Source of the DNA: Eledone cirrhosa
Taxonomy: Eukaryota
DNA: 64,000 bases
Direction: 5' to 3'
Assembly (NCBI GenBank): GCA_964016885.1
Contig: OZ024742.1
Location: 329,344,001 to 329,408,000 of the forward strand
The notes beneath the pieces are model-generated. The model saw only the letters and a list, made by a program, of their open reading frames with translations, was not told the DNA's origin and ran no database searches. The position numbers and the translations under genes were made by a program. Positions 12,925 through 28,140 of the stretch are shown here, one piece after another (position 1 is the first letter of the stretch; every line of letters starts with the position of its first letter).

Positions 12925-15900
12925 TTGTATTTAATTTGTTGGAAGTCTGACAAACATAAATGTTTATAACTGATTTAGAACACTCAACAGCTTACTGGAG
13001 TAAATATTCCATGATATTAAATAAATTGAAATTATATTTATAAAACCATATTTATTTTATTATATATATTTCAAGGGCAACCAAGACAACATTGGTGCTC
13101 TTTCATCAGATAAAATACAAAGTTGGTTTTATAAATAGAGACGTACCCATGAAAATTCTACCTTTTCGGTTGGAAATTCACTGGATAGTGGAAACATATT
13201 AGTAATTATTGAAACTTATGTGTGAATATGCAAATGAATGTGCAAATAATTGAAAAAACAACCGTTTATTTAAATGACACTGGCGAAAGATAGGGAAGAA
13301 AGAGAGAGAGAAAAAAAGAGAGAGAAAAGATATTAATATTGCGTGATAGATAGAGAGAATAAATTTACAAGAAGATGAATAGAACTCATGCAACGTAAAT
13401 ATGGGGGAATAAATTTTAAGTTTATATCTACTAATGGTACCTATATTTACTATTATGTAGTTGTTAGAATTATTTTTAATATAATGTTTACTGTTATAAG
13501 TAGATAGAAAAATAAATAGATATATAGAAGAAATGCATATCATTTTAATGGAAAACTTTAATTGTATTCCACAATCATCTCTGGACTGGGGCTGATAGAA
13601 AAAATAATTTTGATATCACCATGGGTACATCGGACTCGGCGCAAATAACGGATCGTGTGGGGCTATTTATTAATAATACACTACATAGAAAAATACCAGA
13701 GATGACCGGTGGTTTATATCGTGATGATATCCTGCTTTTAATTGAAAATCATAGTAATTGTGAAATTAATAGAAAAAGAAAATCAATAATACAATTTTTG
13801 AATAGCTACAATCTTAAGTTAGAAATAGAGAATAACTATAACATTGTTAACTTTTTAGACGTAACATTAAACCTTAACACAGGGCTCTACTATCCATTCC
13901 ATAAAATTAATGAGAATCTAAACTATGTAAGCGTCAACTCTAATCATCCTAGATCTATCAAGAACACTATTGTAAATTCTATCCAACAACGTATTTCACG
14001 ATCCTCCGCTAATAAAAACATTTTTGACGATAAGAAAAAGAGCAGGCTATATAAATAAGATTAAATACATTGACAACAGTGATAAGGCAAATAACCCTAC
14101 CATTAATTATAATTACAATAAAAAAACCTAACTTAAACTAACAGTAGAAATAGAACTAGAAATATGATTTGGTATTCACCTCCATTTTCATTAAGCGTTA
14201 AAACACCTTTAGCTAAGCTATTCTTTAAAGCGCTAGATACATGTTTTCCTAAAGCCTATAGATACAACTCAATCTTTAACAGACATACAATAAAACTATC
14301 TTACTCTACTACTATGAACATAGCACAACATATAAATAGAATCAATAATAGAAATTGAAACCATAACAAAAATAGCAGTAATATCTCTAGCAGTATCCAA
14401 CATAATAGTACCGTTCCGAATAACATCAACTCCGCTAAATGTAACTGTAGAATTAAATCAAACTGTCCTTTAAAAAATAAGTGCTTAGATAAGGAAGTGG
14501 TCTATAAATGCACAGTCAAAACCAGTGATAATATATTTAATTGTGTAGGTTCAACTTCAACAGACTTTAAAACTCGTTGGAATAATCACAAATGCTCGTT
14601 CAATAAACTTGATAACAAATATTCAACTTCTCTATCAAACCTGATATGGAACTTAAAATCCAAAAGTATGGACTATTCTTTAACTTGGGAAATCATTTCA
14701 GAAACACATGCCTACGTAAACACAGTTTTATCTGGGTTTTGCAAATTGTGTGTTGAGGAAATCTATTAATGTACGAATGAATTTATTTAGTTCTTGTAAA
14801 CATCGCCTAAATTCAAAGTTTATAACTATATATAAATTATAAATTATAATTGTACTTGTAATATTTCTACTTATTTCAATAACAATCTTATCCTCTCTGT
14901 TGTAATATATTGTTTGCTATAATTTCACTTCTTAAAATTTTTTAAATTATATACAAATATGATCCTAAATTTTTAAATTTTAATTTTTAATATTAAATTC
15001 AATTTTAATATTTTTTAAGTATTTTAATTCTTTATTTTTTATTTTTTCATTTTTTACTTCTTAAATCTTTCATATATGTTAAAATTTACTTTTTTTTAAT
15101 CTACTTATCTCTTATAAAATATAAAAAAAAAGTTTTTATAAAGTTTTTATAAATTGTTTTATAAAAATGATTATAACATTTTTTAAATAAAAAAAATGTT
15201 TTTTAATTTTCACGAATTTTTAATATTTTTAAATATTTTTAATAAAAAAATTGTTTAATATCTTTTATTAGATTTATAACCACTAACTAATTCAGGCTAA
15301 ATATGTTTTTCAACATTTATATCTTTAACATTGAAACTTATTTTGATAAAATGGTCTCATACTAACTAATAAATAAACAAAACTGGAGTTTTTTTCCGTA
15401 TCTTCCCAATTTAAAATATATAAATTTAAACATTTTTATTAACTCAGTTAACTTTGTTACTTACATTAAATATAAACCAATATCCCTCATAACTCATTAA
15501 AACAATTATCTATAACACGATATACCCATATATCCATTTATCTATCTATTTATATTTTTATCTATTTATTGATTTTTTTTTGATTTTTCTATTTATTTTA
15601 CTATTTATTTTCTATTTATTTTACTATTTATTTTTCTATTTATTGTTCTACTTATTTTTATATCTATCTATTTTTCCATCTTTTTTCTAACTATTTATGT
15701 TTCCATATATTTCTCTATCTAATTTCTATATATATTTACTTTTCTATATAGATCTATTTATTTTTCTATCTACTTATAACAGAAAACATTATATTAAAAA
15801 GAATCCCGCCGAGGTTAAGTTTGCCTTTCATCCTTACGGGGTCGATAAAATAAAGTACCTGTAATGTACTGGGTAATTGCTGACCTTGTGCCAAAAAGTA

Positions 15901-16362
15901 TAAACAGTTATATTAAAAAGAATTCTAACAACTAAATAATAGTAAATATACGTACCATTAGTAGATATAAACTTAAAATTTATTCCCCCATATTTACGTT
16001 ACAAGACTTCTATTCATCCTCTTGTAAATTTCTTCTTTCTATCTATCTCGTAATATTAATATCTTTTATCTCTCTGTTTCTTCCCTATGTTTCCCCAGTG
16101 TCATTTATATAAACGGTTTTTCAATTATTTACACATTCATTTGCATATTCACACATAAGTTTGAATAATCACTAATATGTTTCCACTATCCAGTGAATTT
16201 CCAACCGATAAGGTAGAACTTTCATGGGTACGTCTCTATTTATAAAACAAACTTTGTATTTTATCTGATGAAAGCGCACCAATGTTGTTTGGTTGCCCTT
16301 GAAATATACATAATAAAATAAATATGGTTTTATAAATATAGTTTCCACTTATTTAATATCAT

Positions 16363-16368
<6 letters not shown>
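12922..16368 (+). mobile_element. Naiad-type Penelope-like element PLE1, 5'-truncated and decayed: inverted 5' pLTR, RT and GIY-YIG remnants, direct 3' pLTR
   Basis: MGTSDSAQITD, GGLYRDD, FLDVTLNL, SNHP, IWYSPPFS, CNCRIKSNCPLKNKCL..VVYKCTV, VGSTSTDFKTRWNNH, CKLC and CKH motifs at 13560-14830. ~13008-13530 is inverted relative to ~15730-16365. TA tracts lie on both sides. Confidence 0.92.
15803..15905 (+). mobile_element. 5'-truncated SINE inside the PLE1 3' pLTR (copies ~1887-1990 and ~6291-6394)
   Basis: ttgcctttcatccttacggggtcgataaaataaagtacc core; 16-bp TSD attctttttaatataa; the corresponding site in the 5' pLTR at ~13470 is empty. Confidence 0.85.
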
Positions 16369-16446
<78 letters not shown>

Positions 16447-17829
16447 AATGAATATATGATAGGGATAAACACTGATACAAGTATACATGTGTTTGCATTG
16501 CAAATGACCAAGTTAGCTAGATTGAAAAATACTAATTAAAATGATACGGTTTGCCTGTCTCGATTTAAAATAATAAATCAATAAAAACAAACCTATATTG
16601 GCAACAGCCGTGTACCTGGACAAATTTTAAATTTTAAATTTTAAATTTGTTTCGCAACAATTAAGTGAAATTACCTATTCCTGTGCTCTTCTGCAGGTAT
16701 CCAGAAATTTGTAAGTTTCACTTCAAAATACTTAAGAAGACTGAGAGAAATGTGTTGTTGGACGCACATGTGTCGCAGCGTCTAGCGCGTCCTATACTCG
16801 TGTCGCTAAAAATAGCAGCCGGTTTTATGGGACTAAAAATTAGCTCAATGCATGGAGCCGAGAATATTATATATGGAGTTATGAACTGAAATAGTCTTTT
16901 ACAATTAAATAGCTCAAAGAAAGGAATATTTCTGAGCCGTGTAATACAAATGAATATATGATAGGGATAAACACTGATACAAGTATACGTGTGTTTGCAT
17001 TGCAAATGACCAAGTTAGCTAGATTGAAAAATACTAATTAAAATAATACGGTTTGCCTCTCTCGATTTAAAATAATAAATCAATAAAAACAAACCTATCT
17101 TGGCAACAGCCGTGATACCAGGACAAATTTTAAATTTTAAATTTGTTTCGCAACAATTAAGTGAAATTTTCTATTCCTGTGCTCTTCTGCAGGTATCCAG
17201 AAATTGGTAAGTTTCATTTCAAAATACTTAAGAAGACTGAGAGAAATGTGTTGTTGAACGCACATGTGTCGCAGCGTCTAGCCCGTCCAATACTCGTGTC
17301 GCTAAAAATAGCAGCCGGTTTTATGGGACTAAAAATTAGCTCAACGCATGGAGCCGCGAATATTATATATGGAGTTATAAACTCAAATAGTCCTTTACAA
17401 TTAACTAGCTCAAAGAAAGGAATATTTCTGAGCCGTGTAATACAAATGAATATATCATAGGGATAAACACTGATACAAGTATACATTGTTTTCATTGCAA
17501 ATGACCAAGTTAGCTAGATTGAAAAATACTAATTAAAATAATACGGTTTGTCTGTCTCGATTTAAAATAATAAATCAATAAAAACAAACCTATATTGGCA
17601 ACAGCCGAGATACGTGGACAAATTTTAAGTTTTAAATTTTAAATTTGTTTCGCAACAATTAAGTGAAATTTCCTATTCCTGTGCTCTTCTGCAGGTATCC
17701 AGAAATTGGTAAGTTTCCCTTCAAAATACTTAAGAAGACTGAGAGAAATGTGTTGTTGAACGCACATGTGTAGCAGCATCTAGCGCGTCCAATACTCGTG
17801 CGCTAAAAATAGCAGCCGGTTTTATGGGA

Positions 17830-19532
17830 CTAGATTGGGGTTCCCGTTAGGTGTTACATGGTGGTCTTCTCCCAGGCACGGTGGGGTGGGGGTGGGGGGT
17901 GGTTTCTTGGTTGGGCACTGGGTGCTCCCTTCTCTCCTTTGATATGGTTCTGCTGAGTGCTTGTATTGCCATCTCCTGGTTGTGTGTGGTTTAAGCCTAC
18001 TCCTGTTGATGCTAGCTATGTGTTGGGCCAGATTTCTCGTGGTGGAATACGAGAGCTTCCCAGTGTGTCTGTTGAAGATCTTGTGGTATCTATGGTCCCT
18101 CGAGAAGCATTTATCAACTGCTCCAAAGAATGATCGGGCCAAGATGTTCTTTACGACCGCTGAGTAGGGTGGGTTTTACCACGTGATTTTTCTGTGTCTC
18201 CTCCAATATATGTGGCTCGGGGGCGTCGTGAGTTGTCGGAGATTTGTTGGGTTGCTGGTGGTTCCCGCATTGTTGCTTCCCCTTTGGGCGCTATGCGTGT
18301 TGCTATCTTCAAGGCCCGAATCTGTGGGATGGTCGTTGCCCGCGCTGGGAGATCTACCGTGGGGTGGTCCCCCGGTGACCTCCCCCCAACGTGTCCTGCG
18401 GTTGGCGTCGTCGGGCTTGGAGTGGTTAGTATCACCCCTGAGACTGCTACTCATATTGGGTTTCATCTCATGTTTAAGCGTACTCGTCATCAACGCCCGT
18501 GTGGTGGTGTCGAGCTCATGGTGCCTATTTGTTTCAGTTCTGCCTGTTTTGTTAGCACCCCCTCTCACAACGCGGGTGTGGTTGTCCGTTGGGCCATCCC
18601 CATCCAGGCGATTCGGACTATATGTTATATTTTGGTCATGTGCCGCCTTATTTAGAGCTGCGTTGTAATATTCCGCGTTGTTATCGAAGATTTCCTTACT
18701 TGCAGACAGGCTGGAGATTCTGTCCGAGACACTCGTTCACCACGGCCTTGGTTATGAATCTAGGTTGGTTTGACTTGGCGTTAACATACACGAGTTTCTC
18801 GTTGGGCTTGTGGTAGTGATAGTATTGTTCGGTGTTCAGGTTTAGGGTGGTGTCTAGTAAGTTAACTACCTTTCTATTTGGGTCTAGTTCTATATTGTGC
18901 CCTTAGTTCTTAAAGAAATGGCGAATACGCCTCCTCATACCTTCCAACATATTGGTGCTGTGGTCATATACTGTGAAGAGAACATCGTCACGATATAATC
19001 CGCCGCCCAGGCAGGGGATTTCATCTTTTATCTGCTTCAGAATGAAAAGCCCAAACCAGGTCCGTTACATGTGCTGAGTCGCTAGAGCCTATCGTGATGT
19101 CAGAGTTATTTGGCCAATCACTCCTGGTCCAAAGGTCTCCATCTAAACAGGTTAAGGTCTTTCTTGCGGCGTGGATGATGCTCACCTCATCTCGGGTTAG
19201 GTCCGTATTGGACATCGCTAAAAATAGGGCCTTATTGAGTACTATGGGTGAGATTGAGGAATAGTAGCCTGCGATATCCAGTTGTATAAAGCTGGTCTTA
19301 CTTTTCTCATGTAGTATCTTAAACCATTCTATTACCTCTTCCGTGCATGACCATTGCTGTAATCTAGTTTTTTTCCGAAGCTTGAGCAAAATCCTATCTA
19401 TTATGCTTTTACTGACGATCCCTAGGTCAGATCTGGAGGGGGTTATTAGCCTGAGAGGGAGTTCGGACACAAAATGTGGCCTGTGATCTTTAAGGGTAAT
19501 CCGCGGCTCGCTTGGTTGGTATGGGGCAATCC

Positions 19533-19533
<1 letters not shown>
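17830..19533 (-). pseudogene. Naiad-type PLE2 RT half (source copy)
   Basis: ITLKDHRPHF, RLITPSRSDLGIVSK, QQW..TEEVIEWF, FIQLDIAGYYSSI and GLYRDD motifs. The 3' end is fused to the 500-bp tandem array. Confidence 0.9.
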
Positions 19534-19566
<33 letters not shown>

Positions 19567-19569
19567 TTT

Positions 19570-19996
19570 TGAGTTTATGTTGGTTGTATACCAACACCTC
19601 AGTATGCAGGCTGGAGCACTCGACGAAGTGCGCAGGTTGGTTTGGTTACTCCGGAGTAGTGTAAAATAAAGTTAAATAAAAGTCAAATGATTAAAATTTA
19701 GCTTCGTTTATTACTGCTATATATATTTCAGTGACAGCCATCTTTGGCTGTGACCTCTTCAGGCAATTTGAATTAGTATGACTCCAGTTCCCCAGTGAAT
19801 TAACAACCCAACAAGGAACTGGGCATATCAGAGTATTGACAATATCATACACCTAAACAACATATGTACTTGTCTATACCATACTAATTCAAACTGCCTG
19901 AAGAGGTCACAGCCAAAGATGGCTGTCACTGAAATATATATAGCAGTAATAAACGAAGCTAAATTTTAATCATTTGACTTTTATTTAACTTTATTT

Positions 19997-20000
<4 letters not shown>
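19570..20000. mobile_element. Fold-back pair of PLE2 pLTR ends, HHRs at 19713-19767 (-) and 19893-19947 (+)
   Basis: ~19662-19790 is inverted relative to ~19880-19998; the same pLTR occurs at 26280-26500. Confidence 0.85.
19893..19947 (+). ncRNA. Minimal type I hammerhead ribozyme (also 19713-19767 -, 26329-26383 -)
   Basis: actgc CTGAAGA ggtcacagcca aaga tggctgtcact GAAA tatata TA gcagt. Confidence 0.88.
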
Positions 20001-20036
<36 letters not shown>

Positions 20037-20099
20037 CGATGCTACAAACTCTGCCAAGAGTATTGCAATCGCTTATCACATTGAGATGTGTGACGCTCG

Positions 20100-20500
20100 G
20101 ATATGGCTTTTCAAGCCTGCTAGAGACTTGCACTCATTCATACACTGACGACAACTATGCATCTCCCTGGCTTGGAGTCCTGCATCAGCATCAGGTTGCC
20201 CGTGAACCCTCACAACACTGTGGAGATCATAGTTCCCTGGTTCTCATTGAACATGGCTATGACTGTGGCTCCTGAGACCAGATTTGCTCAAGCACATTTT
20301 TCCAAACTCAGGGCACTTCAATTCAATGGAGACACCGATTTTTTCGAGAGAAACACAAGGGCATTGCTGACGCACATCCCGTTTGATCTTTTCGTGCTGT
20401 ATGCGCCTGTCCTAAAAATTATGGCCCCCATCATTCACCATTCCAGCCTAAGCTTCTCTTTCAAGAGTTTCGATTCATTAAGTCCGTTTGCATTTGTCAA
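20100..20500 (-). mobile_element. RTE-clade LINE 3' fragment
   Basis: A minus frame reads ..ELKCPEFGKMCLSKSGLRSHSHSH*, resembling the C-terminal zinc finger of RTE ORFs. Confidence 0.55.
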
Positions 20501-21329
20501 TCGGTATATATTTATCGCTTATATTTCTGTGCGTAGCATTTAGCACTCTACGTCGTACAGTTTCCCGACGGTTATGTAATTAGTCAGGTTTATGTACTAC
20601 ACATTGTTTGTATAATAATGAAGACTAAGGCAGCATTCTGAACTCTTTCATCACTATTAATTACGTCGTTGGTAATATACGCATTTTAATATTATCACTT
20701 ATGTAATTGATATGATCCTGTTAGATAGCCATTATGTAATTAGATATATGTGTATATATATAGGGGGAGGGTTACATCTGTAGCAAAATTATTCCGATGA
20801 ATTTTGCGGATTCGAAATGCAAAACAAATTAGCAAAAACGTGCTCAACGGAAACAGCTATGATGATAATTATAGGTACTTAAGCCGCCAAATAAACCATA
20901 TTCACTCTTGTCTTTGTTCGCTCTGTTTGAAAGCGCTCTATTCCTTCTATGTTGTAAGACCTGTCATTAAATCATGATTTCGCCATTTCTAAAGCGATGT
21001 TTTAATTCAACCATTATCTCCGCCTCCACCCTCTCGTTCACTCCTTCACGCACCTGAACTCATTTCGGAAGCCACATCGCTGTATGTACTCATACACTAA
21101 CACATTCCAACATGTCTTAACAACATATTAATATCTACATACATATTGCTACATGGTTCTGTCACGTACTATACCTCAAATGAAAACAACTAAATTAGCA
21201 GTTGGATTCCATGTTAGTTTGTTTAATGTTTGTGGTTCTGATCGATTTATGCCACACTAATCTATGCGTACAACTCATTGTCGTATATCAACCAACAATA
21301 CAAACTAAACAACCAATGTTTTAGCATCT

Positions 21330-21408
<79 letters not shown>

Positions 21409-23055
21409 TGTTTTCCTCCGGCGGCAACGTTTTCGAAATACTTAAATACTTACTTCTGCGTGCCAGATTGACATTTTTAGTTTCAGAAGATCCAGTTAAG
21501 GGTGAAAGCAGTGATTCTTTGCTTAAATTTAATCTATTATTTTAATAAATATTTGCGCTAGAGTACTTATATATAAGTTATGTCAAAGTACCTAGGTGGT
21601 TCAATGCAGGGGGATGCCGAACAATTATATGAAAGACGTAAAATAAGAAAATTTTTAAAATTAAAAATTAACTTACTAAAATTTTCACTCCAACTAATTA
21701 CTTTCTGTAATGGGATAAATATAGTTACACAATGTAACTATCCAGAATTCATTACGCCATCAAGGAGTCTATTCTGAGCTAAGTTCCCATGCAATGCGCG
21801 GACACTAGGAACCCATATAAAAATAATAATTCAGTGGATGTAATAAGCTAGCGGGGACTAAATTCCATAGCATTGAAAAAGTTCACCGCCTCTGGTCAGT
21901 GGTGGATTCTAAAGAATCAATCACGTGACACTGAGGTTATCAGTTAGGAGTGGGGTGGTATTATGACAAGAGCCTGCTACTACTACTATGAATTGGCAGT
22001 AGATTTGGCAAGTTTGCTCAACAAATAATTTGGAGATAAATATAGATAATTAATACATCTACCAATGTATGCGTACAGATGTACACTAATACTAGTAAAT
22101 ATATAAGTTATGTCAAAGTACCTAGGTGGTTCAATGCAGGGGGATGCAGAACATTTATATGAAAGACGTAAAATAAGAAAAATTTAAAAATTAAAAATTA
22201 ACTTACTAACATTTTCACTCCAACTAATTAGTTTCTGTAATTGATAAATATAGTTACACAATGTAACTATCGAGAATTCATTACGTCATCAGGAAGTCTA
22301 TTCTCAGCTAAGTTCCCAGGTAATGCGCGGACACTAGGAACCCATATAAAAATAATAATTTTGGGAACTTAGCTGAGAATAGACTCCCCGAAGACGTAAT
22401 GAATTCTCGATAGTTACATTGTGTAACTATATTTATCCAATTACAGAAACTAAATAGTTGGAGTGAACATTTTAGTCAGTAAGTTAATTTTTAATTTTTA
22501 AGATTTTCTTATTTTACGTCTTTCATATAATTGTTCTGCATCCTCCTGTATTGAACCACCTAGGTACTTTGTCATAACTTATATATTTACTAGTATTAGT
22601 GTACATCTGTACGCATACATTGGTAGATGTATTAATTCTCTATATTTATCTCCAAATTATTTGTTGAGCAAACTTGCCAAATCTACTGCCAATTCATAGT
22701 AGTAGTAGTAGGCTCTTGTCATAATATCACCCCACTCCTAACTGACTAACCTCAGTGTCACGTGATTGATTCTTTAGAATCCACCACTGACCAGAGGCAG
22801 TGAACATTTTCAGTGCTATGGAATTTAGTCCCCACTAGCTTATTACATCCACTGAATTATTATTTTTATATGGGTTCCTAGTGTCCGCGCATTGCCTGGG
22901 AACTTAGCTGAGAATAGACTCATTGATGACGTAATGAATTCTGGATAGTTACATTGTGTAACTATATTTATCCCATTACAGAAACTAATTAGTTGGAGTG
23001 AACATTTTAGTAAGTAAGTAAATATTTAACTTTTAAAATTTTCTTATTTTACGTC

Positions 23056-23094
<39 letters not shown>

Positions 23095-23099
<5 letters not shown>

Positions 23100-24866
23100 T
23101 AAAATAACAGATTAAAGTTTAAGCAAAGAATCGCCGCTTTCACCCTTAACGGGATCTTCTGAAACTAACAAAGTCAATCTGTAAACGCAGAACTGGATAT
23201 TTCAAAAAACGTTGCAACCGGAGGAAGACAGGAAGATGATACTTTGGTTCGTGGAAACGTTCGCTGGCAAAGAACGGGAAAAAACGAATAATACGTCATT
23301 AATAGGAGCAGTGAAAAGCAATTACGCGCAAAAACAGAACCACGTTTATGGTATTAAAGAGGTCGTAGACTAATGTTCTCTTAGGTGGTGCATAGAGACA
23401 TTATCTGGCAATGAACGAAAAAACGAAGATAATACGTCAATGTGGAGCGTGGAGAACAATAGCACGCAAAGACAAAACCACGTAAATGGTATAGAAGAAG
23501 TCGTAGACTAAAATTCTAACTAGAAGGCCAAATGAATCTCCGCTACAGAGTTAAGAACAAAGTAAATAAATACAATACAGAAGTAATAGAAATAAATAAA
23601 TACATACACGCAAACAAATACGTACATACACAAGCATACGCAAATACTTACCATAGGTTTACAAAACCACGAACAAATAAATATGTGTGTGTGTGTGTAT
23701 GCGTGTACACAAATAAATAATTATATAAACGTATATGAATAAATACATACGTATATAACAAGCGCACACACATACCTACATATGAATACACGAATGTTCG
23801 GAGACGTAAGTCAACCAAAACAAGAAATACACATATACACGCACCCACCATACGTACGAACCTCCATACTCACACAGACGCAAAACTCCCGTATTCACAT
23901 AGCCAAACCCTATGTACCAGAATATATAAAAAATTATACGCCATAACAATCAAATATACGTACGAGAAGGTATACGTAACTTCACAAAACATACGGGTAA
24001 TATATACTTACCTATGCAAATAAGTAAAGGAATAAACAAAACATATACTTAGCTCCCACATCAAGACGTAAAATATCCACGTATAAATCGTACTATCCGT
24101 TAGGGTATAACGTGGGGCTGTAATACAGGAAAGTTTTGTGCAATTTATGTTTACAAGCCGAAATTGCCTCAGATTTTTTGTTTAAGATGTGGTCTGTGGC
24201 GTAGAGTATTTCCAGGGCCTCAGCGGCGCCTAGGTCACATGGTCTTATATTTCCGTTATACGATCTAGCCCTAGCTAGGATCTCCCAGTGTAACTTATAT
24301 TGGGTGTGGTTGTCTTTTAGACTCCAGATATAAGCTGAAAGTGACGTCATATTAGAAATTTAGTCTACGACTTCTGCTATACCATTTGCGTGGTTTTGTC
24401 TTTGCGTGCTATTGTTCTCCACGCTCCACATTGACGTATTATCTTCGTTTTTTCGTTCATTGACAGAGAACGTCTCTATGCACCACCTAAGAGAACATTA
24501 GTCTACGACCTCTTTTATACCATAAACGTTGTTCTGTCTTTGCGCGTAATTGCTTTTCACCGCTCCTATTAATGACGTATTATTCGTTTTTTCCCGTTCT
24601 TTGCCAGCGAACGTTTCCACAAACCAAAGTATCGTCTTCCTGTCTTCCTCCGGTTGCAACGTTTTTTGAAATATCCAGTTCTGCGTTTACAGAATGACTT
24701 TGTTAGTTTCAGAAGATCCCCTTAAGGATGAAAGCAGCGATTCTTTGCTTAAACTTTAATCTGTTATTTTAATAAATATTTGCTCTACGGTTCTTATATA
24801 TTTGATATATATCTATCCTTATCGAGCCCTCTTTGGATTTTAGTCTTCAAATTTATTATTATTACT
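23095..24866 (-). mobile_element. Naiad-type PLE3, heavily 5'-truncated: inverted 5' pLTR (24352-24866), GIY-YIG C-terminus (24093-24350), 3' UTR/pLTR
   Basis: TSLSAYIWSLKD..YKLHWEIL..CDL..E..ILNKKSE..CKH; 24352-24778 is inverted relative to 23095-23522; TA tracts on both sides. Confidence 0.85.
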
Positions 24867-24987
24867 ATATATATATATATAATTATATATATATATAATT
24901 ATATATATATATATTTATATATATATATAATTATATATATATATAATTATATATAAAAATATATAAATATATATATATATAAATATA

Positions 24988-25731
<744 letters not shown>

Positions 25732-25771
25732 TAATTATATATATATATATAATTATATATATATATATATA

Positions 25772-25908
<137 letters not shown>

Positions 25909-25939
25909 AATATATATATGTATACATATATATAAATAT

Positions 25940-25976
<37 letters not shown>

Positions 25977-26027
25977 AATATATATATACATATATATATA
26001 TATACACACACATATATGTATATATAC

Positions 26028-26128
<101 letters not shown>

Positions 26129-26277
26129 CATATATATATTTATATAATATATATATATAATATATCAGTAATATTAATAAATTATTAGTTAGTTTCAGAA
26201 GATCCCGTTAAGGGTGAAAGCAGCGATTCTTTGCTTAAACTTTAATCTGTTATTTTAATAATATATATATATAATAT

Positions 26278-28052
26278 AATATAAAGTTAAATAAAAAGTC
26301 AAATGTTTAAAATTTAGCTTCGTTTATTACTGCTATATATATTTCAGGGACAGCCATCTTTGACTGTGACCTCTTCAGGCAGTCCGAATTAGTGTGGTAT
26401 AGACAAGTATATATGTTGTTGAGGTGTATAATATTGTCAATACTCTGATATGCCCAGTTCCTGGTCAGGTTGTTATTTCACTGAGGAACTGGAAATATGA
26501 TTTCAACCAAACGAATTTCAGTGTCAAATGGCCTCTTCTCCTCTCATTGGTCAGTTGTTAGAAAACTCCTCATTCTAAGTGTTGTTATTGTTGGAGTTAG
26601 CTTAAAAAATTGATAAATTGGTAGAAGGGACAAGGTGTTAAAGGAACAAAATAACAAAAAAAGTGTGAAACTTCCCATTGGTCAGTTCTGAGAGCATTCC
26701 TCAGTCAGAAGTCTATAGAATTCTTTCTGGGGTGAGGCTCCGTGTAGTGTTTGTGTTTGCTATTGTTAAGTACATTTGACCTCTACCATTATTTTGGTAG
26801 TGTTGTTGGTGTTGTGGTCAGCTTATGTCTTGCTACTGTTGACAATTTAGAAGTATCTGTGTGTGTTTTTCCTTCATCCCTCATGCCACCATCTCTCATA
26901 GTGGTGGTGGTGGTGGGGGGTTATTCCATGTATATGAAGAAATATAAGGCAATATATGAAGAAAACAGAAAATAAATAATATAATTTGTATAATTTGAAC
27001 ATAAATAATAAATAGAGAATAAAGAATAAAGAATAAATGAAAAATTGGTGAAAAAGTAATGAAAATGAATATGGAAGAGTGAAAAATAAAATGAAGATTC
27101 AAATAAAGTAGGATAAAGTGTGTGTGTGTGCTATAACCAATCTCAAGGTCAGAAATATGTTGGATAGATTGGTATGAGGCACAAGATGTTAAAATAAGAT
27201 AATCAAACAAAATGTGTTTGTGTAATAATCAATCTCAACTTAAAAATAAATATAAAGTGATACAGTGAAGAGGGCAGAAAAAAATAACAAATTAATTAAG
27301 AGAAATCAAGATTTAAACTTGGGACTTGAAAGTCAGAAATCAAGTAAATTAAAATGTGTTTGTGTTATATAGATGATGGCCAAATTATAATGGCTGTGTC
27401 CGATTCAATCTCTAGGCTATCATGGTGTCTGTTCAGCCTGTGCTGTTCCCTATGGCTTGAGGAGAGTTCACAACCTAGGGTGTTGTTACTGCCCATATAG
27501 CTTGAGGGAGGTCTGGCTGAGTGGTGTTTACATGTTCTGTAGAATTCCCTATAGCTTGAGGAGAGTTCACATCTTCTTGTGTTGCTACTGTCCATATATC
27601 TTGAGGAAGGTCCCTGCTCTAAGGTGTCTGCATGTCCCGAAGATGTCGGTTGTGAGGTTTATCAGGCCGCTTCCACCTCTTAGTATCTCGAGGGTCTCGT
27701 TCAGGCATAGTTTGCATATGCAGGACCCCATTTATCGGGTGGTACTTTCCTGATTATGTAGCAGGCCAGAGAGTACGGGGTCCTGTCCAGCTTAAGCCTC
27801 CAGATCAGGTCGGAGAGAGCCGCGCTTTTCCTGTTGGCCTTCTTATTGAATGAATCGCGATGGTTGTACCAGCGGTCTTTAAAGCTCGTTGATGTGGCTC
27901 CTATGTAGAGGTGTTCGGAGTTGGGGCTTTTAACCCTACAACCGTATACTAGGTTCTTCTTGAGGCATTCATTACCAAGGGGGCATGATTCGGGGTTTCT
28001 GCAGTTGCAGAGGGTGGTCGACCTCTGCATGCCTAGATTAGGGTTCCCGTTA
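26278..28052 (-). mobile_element. Naiad-type PLE2-family 3' half: GIY-YIG endonuclease, ~99-bp repeat, 3' UTR and pLTR with HHR
   Basis: CNCRNPESCPLGNECLKKNLVYGCRV..LYIGATSTSFKDRWYNH, then after a frameshift CKLCLNE..GTCRH. The first ~30 nt match the end of the RT half at 17830-17860. Confidence 0.9.
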
Positions 28053-28074
28053 TGTGTTACATAATATATATATA

Positions 28075-28132
<58 letters not shown>

Positions 28133-28140
<8 letters not shown>

